This document shows positions 19,303 through 27,969 of a stretch of 64,000 bases of DNA, one piece after another. This DNA is from Oscillospiraceae bacterium. GTDB lineage: Bacteria > Bacillota > Clostridia > Saccharofermentanales > Fastidiosipilaceae. A program made the translations under genes and the position numbers. Under the pieces are notes generated by a model, which saw only the letters and a program-made list of their open reading frames with translations, was not told the origin of the DNA and made no database searches. The stretch spans positions 83,093 through 147,092 of the forward strand of contig JAXGQD010000006.1 in the NCBI GenBank assembly GCA_040766665.1, in the 5' to 3' direction. Numbering within the stretch: position 1 is the first letter of the stretch; the number at the start of each line of letters is the position of its first letter.

Positions 19303-19944
19303 ATGAATCTACTGGAAATTATTAGAGAAAATTCAATACTAGCTATTTTAAGAAACGTACCGACAGACGATGCAACTAACTATGCGGAAACCATTGTTAA
19401 TGGAGGAATCTCGTTTTTTGAAGTGGCTTTGAACAGTAAAGATGCCCTTTTACAAATCAGCATGCTACGTAAGCACTTTGGTGAAAGAGCATTAATCGGT
19501 GCCGGTACTGCTATTAGTATTGACCTTGTTAAACAAGCCGCAGAAGCAGGGGCACAGTTTTTTTTAACGCCCGGAACCCCTTTAAGTGTTTTGGAATATT
19601 GTGCGAAAAAGAATTATGCACTTCTACCCGGTGTCTATACGCCCTCAGAAATTGCCACGTCACTAGATTATGGTTTTAAGGTGATGAAGTTTTTTCCAGC
19701 AGCGAATACACCAACAGGATATTTGAAGGCAATGAGTGGCCCGTTTGATAACGCGAAATACGTTGCCATAGGGGGAGTGACTCCAGATAACATCAATGAA
19801 TACTTTTCAGAGGGCTATTTCGGAGTAGGTATTGCAAGCAATCTTTTGCCGCCACAGATTCTTCAAGAGAAGAAGTGGGAAGAAGGAAGTGAATATATCA
19901 AGGGTTTTTTAGGCAAAGTGGATTATAACCTGATAAAAAATTAA
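19303..19944 (+). CDS. 2-dehydro-3-deoxy-phosphogluconate/phosphogalactonate aldolase (Eda/DgoA family)
   Basis: 213 aa with the family blocks FFEVAL, GAGTA, LPGVYTPSE and the Schiff-base Lys context KFFPA. Confidence 0.85.
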   Translation: MNLLEIIRENSILAILRNVPTDDATNYAETIVNGGISFFEVALNSKDALLQISMLRKHFGERALIGAGTAISIDLVKQAAEAGAQFFLTPGTPLSVLEYCAKKNYALLPGVYTPSEIATSLDYGFKVMKFFPAANTPTGYLKAMSGPFDNAKYVAIGGVTPDNINEYFSEGYFGVGIASNLLPPQILQEKKWEEGSEYIKGFLGKVDYNLIKN

Positions 19945-19991
19945 CAGGAAAAAATTAAGTAAGGGGGGTGCGGACAAAAAGTTGGACGGTT

Positions 19992-20968
19992 TTACGCGCA
20001 ATAACCTTTTGACCGGCGAAATTCTCGTGGACTCATTTGGTTCAAGCTCACTTTGATTCGCGTGTCGTTATACCAATCGATGTATTCATCGATATATCGG
20101 ATGAATGCTTGAATGCTGTATCCATTAAAATCCTCACCATAAAAACACTCATTTTTCAATCTTCCAAAGAAACCTTCACAGGCTGCATTGTCAGGAGAAC
20201 AGCCCTTCTTCGACATGGAGCGTGTTAGGCCGTATTTCTTTATGCGTTTTAGCCATCCCGGCCATCGGTAGTGTGCTCCGCGGTCACTATGGATAATCGG
20301 CTTTGCTCCTTTTGAAGACAACACGGCTAAATCAAGGCTCTTGTTAGCCAAGTCGGCATTAGGGCTCACACCCATGCTTCGTGAGACCACCAGACCATCA
20401 TAACAATCAATAATGGGGCTCAAATAGACCTTGCCTGCCGGTATGGCAAACTCGGTGATGTCTGTGAGCCAGACACGGTTTGGCGCATCCGCATGAAAGT
20501 CACGTTCCAATAGATTAGGGGCGGGAGGACTGACTTCTCCGAGATAAGAGTTATAACGGAGACGCTTATGTCCTTTGCAACCAACCTTTCCGCTTTCATC
20601 AGACGTCGGATAATCTTCTCCGATATCCGAATTTCCTCTCGTTGCAACAGCACCTTGAGCCGTCTGTAACCGTACCTTCTATGGTTTGCTTTAAACAGTT
20701 CTCGCAGTCTTCCTCTGACCATTTCGTATGGATTCGATGAATCTTTTCTGCTTTTGTGGTAATAGTAACTGCTTCGTTTCAGCTGGAGTTCTTCTAGTAA
20801 CTCCGGTAGTGAATACTTTCCCCGTATGGCATCAACGATCACTACCTTTTCCGAGTTCTTCAGTTGACTCGGGATGACGCCGGGGCCTTTTTTTAGCACT
20901 TTGAGTGTTTCATTGAGAATGTCGATTTGCATCTGCATGTGACGCATTTCAGCCTTCATCTGCTTCAT
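19992..20968 (-). pseudogene. IS3 transposase OrfB region, split over two frames as assembled
   Basis: The segment 20420-20968 holds the zipper, slippery site and OrfB N-terminus. The segment 19992-20510 is the DDE catalytic core (..WLTDITEF.., ..HSDRGAHY..). The frame changes near 20570-20580. Confidence 0.75.
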
Positions 20969-21354
20969 CAGCTCTGCATCAGACGGAGTAGCTCCATTTG
21001 CTTGGGGTGGTTTTTCTTGGGCAATGCTCCCACCAATCCTTCCTCTTGTAGTTTTCTATGCCAAGTATAGATTTGTCGGTTCTCTACGCCAAGCTCTTTG
21101 GCGACAGCAATAGGGGATAGGTTTTGTTCGATGCATCGTTGAATGGTTTCGCGTTTCATTTCAGCAGTGAACTTGCGTCTCTTCTTTTTGATGCGAATTT
21201 CTTTGATCTCCGGAAGTGTTCCTGCCTCTCGACGTTTAATCCAGCCTTGTAAAGAGCCTCGGCTGGGATACTTCAATGTCTTTACCGTCTTATTTACATT
21301 CCCAATCTCATCGTAAACACTTAATACGTAATCCATGACTTCTCGACTATACAT
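20968..21354 (-). CDS. IS3 transposase OrfA segment (HTH)
   Basis: 128 aa, helix-turn-helix transposase N-terminus. The leucine-zipper continuation (MKQMKAEMRHMQMQIDILNETLKVLKK) lies in the next frame after an A5 run at 21011-21015. Confidence 0.8.
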   Translation of the reverse strand: MYSREVMDYVLSVYDEIGNVNKTVKTLKYPSRGSLQGWIKRREAGTLPEIKEIRIKKKRRKFTAEMKRETIQRCIEQNLSPIAVAKELGVENRQIYTWHRKLQEEGLVGALPKKNHPKQMELLRLMQS

Positions 21355-21447
21355 GCAGATTTACCTCCTGCATCTATGTCCAACTTTTTGTCCGCATGCC
21401 CAAGCTCAATAAATGTTTTTTTAATGAGCCGTTTTTGGATGTGTTAC

Positions 21448-22683
21448 TTAAATGGCAAAAGCCCACTCGCCGTTTTCCATGATGAGATACTTTTGCCCAT
21501 CATAGCCAATTGCGGTGATTTTCATGTCCTCTGTACCAATCATGAAATCCTCATGAATGGCCGAGTCATTGACACCCATCTCATAGAGCTGTGCACGTGA
21601 CAGCTCTTTATAGCCTTCAACATTGGCTGTGTATGCTTCACCCAGAGCCAAATGGCAAGCTGCGTTTTCGTCGAAAAGCGTGTTGTAGAAAAGCACGCCG
21701 CTCTGCCTTATTGGTGAACTGGCAGGAACAAGCGCAATTTCACCCAGGTAGGAGGCTCCGGTATCCGTTGCGAGCAGTTCGCGCAGAATATCCTCTCCGG
21801 AACGGGCGCCGCAATCGACGGCCTTGCCTGCGCTGAAACGAATCCAAAAATCTTCGACTAAGGCTCCGCGAACGGAGAGGGGCAGGGAGGCGTAAACGAT
21901 GCCATTGGCTGTGCGGTAGTCAGGTGTCGTGAAACATTCTTCCGTGGGCAAATTGGGGTTGTAGTAGATGTCTCGCAAGCTGAGTTCGCCCCCGGCTGCC
22001 CAAATGGAGCCAGGTAAAAGTCCGATACTTAAGTCAGTCCCCAGGCTGTTGCTGAGCTGCAATTCTTTTAGTTTCATCTCGTTTAGAGCGGCGCTGCGCT
22101 TGAGGAAGTTTGCATTGCGCTCTTCCCAAGTCGCATTAACATCCTCACCTTCTTTCAGATAAACGGCTGATAAAATGAGCTCCCAAAGCTTATCGACTGC
22201 CTCTTCAACAGCAAGAGCAGGGAAGACTTTCTGAGCCCAGGCCTTAGATGGGGCGGCTATTACGGTCCACTGGTACTTGTTGTCCATCTGATCTTTGTAT
22301 GGCTTCATGACCTGGTGTCTGGAACTGATAACCTGCATGAGCAGTGCCGGATCTATGCCTTTCAATTTTTCCGGGTCCGAGCTGTCCACATGGATGACGG
22401 CAGGAAGAACCTCAACTTCACGGATGAGGCGAGACTTTTGCCATTCTTTCACTTCACTGAGTCGTTCTGCACTGACATTTTCATAGGCCATACGCTCGAT
22501 GCTGTCGTCACGCCATTCTACAGAGACTTCTGCAGCGCCTGCTGCATAAGCTTCGGCGACGATGAGGTGGGCCAGTTCGGCTTGCTCCACCGAAATAAAA
22601 AGTTTCAGTTCCTGCCCTTTTTGCAAGTTAACGCCACTTTTAACGGCGAAGCGGGCATATTCTTTGAGTAACTCTTGATTCAT
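21448..22683 (-). CDS. M29-family aminopeptidase (AmpS/PepS-like)
   Basis: 411 aa. N-terminus MNQELLKEYARFAVKSGVNLQKGQEL and overall M29 architecture. Confidence 0.8.
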   Translation of the reverse strand: MNQELLKEYARFAVKSGVNLQKGQELKLFISVEQAELAHLIVAEAYAAGAAEVSVEWRDDSIERMAYENVSAERLSEVKEWQKSRLIREVEVLPAVIHVDSSDPEKLKGIDPALLMQVISSRHQVMKPYKDQMDNKYQWTVIAAPSKAWAQKVFPALAVEEAVDKLWELILSAVYLKEGEDVNATWEERNANFLKRSAALNEMKLKELQLSNSLGTDLSIGLLPGSIWAAGGELSLRDIYYNPNLPTEECFTTPDYRTANGIVYASLPLSVRGALVEDFWIRFSAGKAVDCGARSGEDILRELLATDTGASYLGEIALVPASSPIRQSGVLFYNTLFDENAACHLALGEAYTANVEGYKELSRAQLYEMGVNDSAIHEDFMIGTEDMKITAIGYDGQKYLIMENGEWAFAI

Positions 22684-22701
22684 GTTATATCCTTCTCTAT
22701 G

Positions 22702-23190
22702 TTAATTAATATTTTCAGTCGAGTTCGATGGACTTGTTTTGTTTTTCAGTCCGTAAAACATGGCCGTGCCGCTCGCTAAAATATCTGCATTTTCCGGATT
22801 TAATATCGTAGCATTGGCATGCACCAAACGCGAGCCTCCTTCAAAAATTTGGACACTTACCGCCAGCTCTTGTTCTACCGGAACAGACTTAAGGTATTTA
22901 ATACTTAGCTCAATTGTAGGTATGCGCAAATTCTCATAATAACTTAAGGTGACAGCAGACATCGCGATATCGATAATCGTCGCAATAATTCCACCATGAA
23001 CGAAACCCGACATGTTACTTGTCCAGGCCGGAGCTGAAAAGCGAAACTCTGCAGCCTTATTGCGATAGTCTGTTGACGTGACACATAAAGGTAAAGCACT
23101 GTTGATGCTTCCTTCTAAAGACTTGCGGTAGTCAAGATTCTCTTGTAAAGCAAGAGTAAAGTCAGCTTCAGAGTGTACTTTAGGCATCAT
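22702..23190 (-). CDS. PaaI/hotdog-fold thioesterase
   Basis: GFVHGGIIATIIDIAMS motif. ATG at 23190 follows a GGAGGAGGAG RBS. Confidence 0.7.
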   Translation of the reverse strand: MMPKVHSEADFTLALQENLDYRKSLEGSINSALPLCVTSTDYRNKAAEFRFSAPAWTSNMSGFVHGGIIATIIDIAMSAVTLSYYENLRIPTIELSIKYLKSVPVEQELAVSVQIFEGGSRLVHANATILNPENADILASGTAMFYGLKNKTSPSNSTENIN

Positions 23191-23367
23191 TTTTCTCCTC
23201 CTCCTGAACGGTATAGGCATATTCTATCAATTTGTCAGCCGTATGCCGAGTAGAAAGTCCTAGCTTCAAACAACGAGCTACATAAAACAGTAGCTACCCT
23301 TAGCCGCGTAAATGCGCTATGATTTGGCAAAAGCCGCGCCGCAAACCGCCAAAGAGGAGAAGAGAGC

Positions 23368-24171
23368 ATGTCTAAAAAACCGGTCTTAGTGATCTCCGGC
23401 GGTTCGTCCGGTATCGGTCAGGCGACGGCCTTGTATTTTGCCCAGCGTGGCTACAGTGTCTATGAACTCAGCAGACGTCAGATCGAACAAAATGGCATCA
23501 TCCATCTCCCCTGCGACGTGCAGTCGGAACCTCAGGTACAGGCGGCCATCAACGAAGTGGTGCAAAGGGAAGGGCAGATTGACCTACTCATTGCCAATGC
23601 CGGTTTCGGTATCGGAGGAGCATTGGAAACCAGTCCAGAAGCAGCCTACCAGAAGCAGTTTGACGTCAATGTGTTTGGGACCGTGCGTCAGATGCGGGCG
23701 GTCTTGCCGCAGATGCGAATGCAGGGTTACGGTCGAATACTTTGCCTGTCCTCGGTTGGCGGAATTGTACCCATCCCTTATCAATCCTTTTATGCGGCAA
23801 GTAAATCGGCCATTATCACGCTTGCCCGCAGTCTTGACTTAGAGGTCAAAGATTTGGGGATACGCGTGACTGTATTTTGCCCGGGTGATATAAAGACCCC
23901 TTTTACAGCAGCTCGCGAAACACTTCTCGATTCGAACAGCCCATATGCTAAAGCAGAGCTGGCCTCGATTAGACGCATGGAGAAAGACGAAGAGAATGGT
24001 TTGCCTGTCGAAAGCGTGGCTCGTGCTCTATGGCGCTTAGCGAACCAACGGAATCCCAAAAGTCAGGTTGTGGGTGGTTTGGTTTATAAGGTTCTGGTCT
24101 TGGCGAATCGGCTTTTGCCCTTACGTTTAGTTGATTTCGTCTTGGGAAAAATGTACTCGCCTCCGAAATGA
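23368..24171 (+). CDS. Short-chain dehydrogenase/reductase
   Basis: SGGSSGIG, NAG and YAASK motifs. Confidence 0.8.
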   Translation: MSKKPVLVISGGSSGIGQATALYFAQRGYSVYELSRRQIEQNGIIHLPCDVQSEPQVQAAINEVVQREGQIDLLIANAGFGIGGALETSPEAAYQKQFDVNVFGTVRQMRAVLPQMRMQGYGRILCLSSVGGIVPIPYQSFYAASKSAIITLARSLDLEVKDLGIRVTVFCPGDIKTPFTAARETLLDSNSPYAKAELASIRRMEKDEENGLPVESVARALWRLANQRNPKSQVVGGLVYKVLVLANRLLPLRLVDFVLGKMYSPPK

Positions 24172-24181
24172 GAGATAGTAT

Positions 24182-25165
24182 CTACTTTTTATAACCAAGC
24201 ATTCGTGCAGCTTTCGTGTAAGCTTCCATCGCTAATCCATGCTTTTTACCAAGCTCTACGACATCGAAAATCTGGGCTTGGAATTCGGTTTTCCTGCCTT
24301 TATTGTAGTCAATTTTGAGAGAGGTTTGGTAATCGGGATGACTTTCGTATACTGCTTTAATCGCTTCATTGAGCGGTTGCTCATCTAAAGGTTTTCCGAT
24401 AGCTTTTGATATCTGAAGGAGTTCACGTCCCATGGCTTCAAAAAGCTTCATGCGCTCCGGGCTCTCGGCGATGCCTCCGGCTGAACAGTTATAAGCACAC
24501 TCAAGAGTGGATAAAAGAGAAACCCGGAAGAACTTCCTCAAGGCAGCTTGCAATGAATCTTCACTGATGATGGCATCGATTCCACTGCCAGCTAAGTCTT
24601 CTTTTACCGACAACATCATTGGAGTAGGTTCTTTTTTATCCAAACGTCCGAACACTATGGAATAAAAATTCAATTGCTGTTGGATAACGCCTTCTTCTTT
24701 TCTTGCGACGGCAACATAAGCGATGCCGGGAGCGACCATACCCTGACCATTTAGAGCATCATCGAGTCTTTGACCTGCCGTCAAGGAATTGAGCACAGGT
24801 ATAAGCAAGGTCTCTTTGCGACTGATTTTCTTTATAAACGGAAATATTTGATCCAACGAGTAATCCTTCACACTTATAAAGATCACATCAGGTTTATCAT
24901 TGTAGGATTCTTCGTCAAATGCCTGAACCATCGCAACGATATCTTTCTGGGGAGGAAGAATGTCGTGATTATCACCCAACAATTCCGGACGCCCACTGTT
25001 AGCATAAGGATTATCTGGTGCCAGTACCTGTATTCCTCGACTAACGATAGTCTGCAGATTTTTTCCTCTTGCAATTACGGAAACATCATATCCCGCATGA
25101 TGTAAATAAGCTGCTAATGTACCTCCTACGGCACCCGCTCCGATAATTAGATAACGGTGTTTCAT
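24182..25165 (-). CDS. Ketopantoate reductase (PanE/ApbA) family oxidoreductase
   Basis: MKHRYLIIGAGAVGG N-terminus. I trimmed the ORF-track start to ATG at 25165 so it does not overlap fumC. Confidence 0.7.
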   Translation of the reverse strand: MKHRYLIIGAGAVGGTLAAYLHHAGYDVSVIARGKNLQTIVSRGIQVLAPDNPYANSGRPELLGDNHDILPPQKDIVAMVQAFDEESYNDKPDVIFISVKDYSLDQIFPFIKKISRKETLLIPVLNSLTAGQRLDDALNGQGMVAPGIAYVAVARKEEGVIQQQLNFYSIVFGRLDKKEPTPMMLSVKEDLAGSGIDAIISEDSLQAALRKFFRVSLLSTLECAYNCSAGGIAESPERMKLFEAMGRELLQISKAIGKPLDEQPLNEAIKAVYESHPDYQTSLKIDYNKGRKTEFQAQIFDVVELGKKHGLAMEAYTKAARMLGYKK

Positions 25166-25223
25166 TTGTTCTGCTCTACCTTTCATATCTATATTTTGTT
25201 GGATAACGCCTCCGAAATAGCCC

Positions 25224-26591
25224 TTACACCATCTCCTCCGGCTTAACCCAGCGCTCAAAATCCTCAGCGCTCACTAAACCCAGTTCCATCGCCGCCTCTT
25301 TCAGGCTCATATCCTTGGCAAAAGCATACTTGGCAATCTTGGCCGCATTTTCGTAACCGATATGCGTGTTTAACGCGGTCACCAACATCAGCGAGCGCGC
25401 CATGTTCTCAGCCATTTTCGCCTCGTTGACCGTAATACCCGAAGCGCAGTGCAAATGGAATGAGCACATGGCGTCGGCCAAGAGTCGGGTGGATTGCAGA
25501 AAATTGTAAGCAATTAACGGCATGAAAACATTCAGTTCGAAATTACCCTGCGATGCGGCGAAACCCAGCGCCGCATCATTACCCATGACCTGCACGGCCA
25601 CCATGGTCAGCGCTTCGCACTGCGTCGGGTTGACCTTGCCCGGCATAATCGAACTGCCCGGCTCATTTTCCGGAATGGCAATTTCTCCCAGGCCGCAGCG
25701 TGGACCGGATGCCAGCCAACGCACATCATTGGCGATTTTCATCAGATTCGCCGCCAAAGCTTTCAAAGCCCCGTGGGCGAAAACGAAGGCATCTTTACTG
25801 CTCAGCGCATGGAATTTGTTGCGCGCGGTGTAGAAGGGTGCTTCTGCCATTTGCGAGAGCTCTTCAGCGACTTGCACATCAAAACCCGGTGGACAGTTCA
25901 AGCCTGTACCGACTGCCGTCCCCCCCAAAGCCAGAGCACAAAGGGGTTCCAGCGTCCGCTCCAGCATCGCCCGACTTTCTTCCAGCATCGTGCGCCATCC
26001 CGAGACCTCCTGAGAAAAACGTAGCGGTGTGGCGTCCTGAAGATGAGTCCGCCCCGATTTCAAGACCTGAGGATAGCGTGCTTCTAACTTGGCAAAATCC
26101 TCAATCAAATCCGTAAAAGCCGGTATCAGGCTGTTCTGCAGCTCCAGCACCGCCGCGACATGCATGGCGGTAGGGAAGGTGTCGTTCGAGCTTTGCGATT
26201 TATTGACGTGGTCATTGGCGTGCAGCAGCTTTTCTCCCGCCAGCTCATTGCCGCGATTGGCAATCACTTCATTCATATTCATATTGGATTGCGTCCCGGA
26301 GCCCGTCTGCCAGACCACCAGCGGAAAATGCTCATCCAGAGAGCCACTCAAAATCTCGTCACAAACATCGGCGATGATCTGAGCCCGTTCCTTGTCGAGT
26401 ACACCCAAGCTTTCGTTACTGCGCGCAGCCGCTTTTTTGACCAGGGCAAAGGCGCGGATAATGGGCAGCGGCATCTTTTCGCTGCCAATGGCAAAATGCT
26501 CCAGACTTCTTTGTGTCTGTGCACCCCAATAGGCGCTTTGCGGGACCTTCACCTCACCCATCGTGTCGTGTTCGAGCCGGAAGTTTTCCAT
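25224..26591 (-). CDS. fumC: Class II fumarate hydratase
   Basis: 455 aa with the signature GSSIMPGKVNPTQCEA. GGAGG RBS. Confidence 0.95.
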   Translation of the reverse strand: MENFRLEHDTMGEVKVPQSAYWGAQTQRSLEHFAIGSEKMPLPIIRAFALVKKAAARSNESLGVLDKERAQIIADVCDEILSGSLDEHFPLVVWQTGSGTQSNMNMNEVIANRGNELAGEKLLHANDHVNKSQSSNDTFPTAMHVAAVLELQNSLIPAFTDLIEDFAKLEARYPQVLKSGRTHLQDATPLRFSQEVSGWRTMLEESRAMLERTLEPLCALALGGTAVGTGLNCPPGFDVQVAEELSQMAEAPFYTARNKFHALSSKDAFVFAHGALKALAANLMKIANDVRWLASGPRCGLGEIAIPENEPGSSIMPGKVNPTQCEALTMVAVQVMGNDAALGFAASQGNFELNVFMPLIAYNFLQSTRLLADAMCSFHLHCASGITVNEAKMAENMARSLMLVTALNTHIGYENAAKIAKYAFAKDMSLKEAAMELGLVSAEDFERWVKPEEMV

Positions 26592-26749
26592 CGAATGGCC
26601 TCCTGATTTGCTTTTGCCCTTATTTTAACAAAAATGCTGTGGCAAAAGCCTCTCTTGCGTATCCCTCCGTTGAATTGCCAGCGCTACGCTGGCCCGTTAG
26701 AATGTCAATAGTAGAACTTAAGAATCAAGCTTTAAGGGGGGGAGGGACA

Positions 26750-27775
26750 ATGATGACTTGCAATGCATGTGGAGCTGCCAATCAGGAGCAGGCGCGCTTT
26801 TGTGCGAACTGCGGTGCGAAGTTGCCCGAAATTCAGCCTCATCAACAGCCCCCAGCGGGCGCAGCGGCAGATCCTCAACAGGGGGTTCCGGCCTTTTACA
26901 ACCCCTGGCTCAATCCGAATCAGGCACCGGTGCAAAACCAGCCGCGAAAAATCTGGTATTGGATTCTCTTTCCCATCTTGGGGCTTATTTTACTGGTAGG
27001 AACTCTCACGCTCCTTTATTTCCTGCTCATTAGGCCGGGGATGGTTGAGGACAGTCAGGTCCGGAATCGGGCTACGCATATAAGTGAAACCGTTTGGACC
27101 GAGCCCGGTACTGCGCTGGGGATTATTGAAGATGCTCAGTCTGACCCACATGAGACCTCAGCTCCTCCAGCGGTCACCAGCAGCCCCGTACAAACGGCTT
27201 CGACCAGTGATTCGGCCACTGTCGCGCCTTCCGAAACGACTGTGAGTGCATTGACGGAAACAGGCCCGCCAGCCGCAGTTGTAACAGAGACAAGTCTGGT
27301 GACCACTGCAACGCCAAGCGCTGTGACTGTGCCGGAGCCGCAATATCCACCTCGCTTTTCCGAGTTTGAGGCGTCATCAACTTTACGTGATACGGACTTC
27401 GGTACCTATAGTGCCTTTTATGCCTTTGACGGGAACTACGATACATCCTGGGTCGAAGGCGCCACGGATGATGGCATAGGCGAGTGGATTGAATTGCGCG
27501 CCACAGAGCCACAAGCTGTAAACGGTTTGCGGGTGATGGGCGGTTATAACAAATCCCAGTGGCTCTTTGATACCAATCATCGACCGGCATTATTGCTCAT
27601 TCAGTTTGACGATGGCGCACGCTATGAGCTGGAGCTGAACGATGGTATGCGGGTCTGGAACGACATCCGTTTTGACAAAACACATGCCACGCAAACAATT
27701 CGCCTTACGATTCTGAGCACCTATTACGGCGACGATATGCTGGACACCTGCATCAGTGAGATTGAGGTGTATTAA
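26750..27775 (+). CDS. Zinc-ribbon / single-TM / Pro-Thr-Ser linker / F5-8 type C (discoidin)-like domain protein
   Basis: ATG at 26750 after GGGGGGAGGG. CNACG..CANCG zinc ribbon, a hydrophobic helix, a low-complexity linker, and a C-terminal ..AFDGNYDTSWVEG..GEWIEL.. domain. Confidence 0.65.
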   Translation: MMTCNACGAANQEQARFCANCGAKLPEIQPHQQPPAGAAADPQQGVPAFYNPWLNPNQAPVQNQPRKIWYWILFPILGLILLVGTLTLLYFLLIRPGMVEDSQVRNRATHISETVWTEPGTALGIIEDAQSDPHETSAPPAVTSSPVQTASTSDSATVAPSETTVSALTETGPPAAVVTETSLVTTATPSAVTVPEPQYPPRFSEFEASSTLRDTDFGTYSAFYAFDGNYDTSWVEGATDDGIGEWIELRATEPQAVNGLRVMGGYNKSQWLFDTNHRPALLLIQFDDGARYELELNDGMRVWNDIRFDKTHATQTIRLTILSTYYGDDMLDTCISEIEVY

Positions 27776-27969
27776 CTTTGCTCTTTTAGACAAAGTCTAG
27801 TTTCAAGCATTGTTTGGCGACCCCATTTATAGCAATGATTCTCTTGTCAGATTGCAGTGAAAACGTCATTGGATTTTGTCGATTTGTCGCTAGTGTTTGT
27901 TCAAATTGCATAGTATAATTTTTGGGCAGTGTTATTACTGACTTTTTGTTTCGATTGGGGGAACAGGAT

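Larger units (their letters stand above)
19969..21396 (-). mobile_element. IS3-family insertion sequence (1428 bp)
   Basis: Perfect 19-bp terminal inverted repeats: TGCGGACAAAAAGTTGGAC at 19969-19987 and its reverse complement at 21378-21396. Internal orfA (HTH) and orfB (DDE/rve) segments. A7G slippery run at 20886-20894 (minus strand). Confidence 0.9.

Noticed and set aside
25522-26606. Several 80-150-aa plus-strand ORFs
   Set aside because: All are antisense shadows of fumC, whose identity is secure.
27914-27919. TATAAT hexamer about 50 nt upstream of the EF-G paralog as a promoter
   Set aside because: There is no acceptable -35 element at 16-18 bp spacing and no TG extension. The evidence is too weak to report as a feature.
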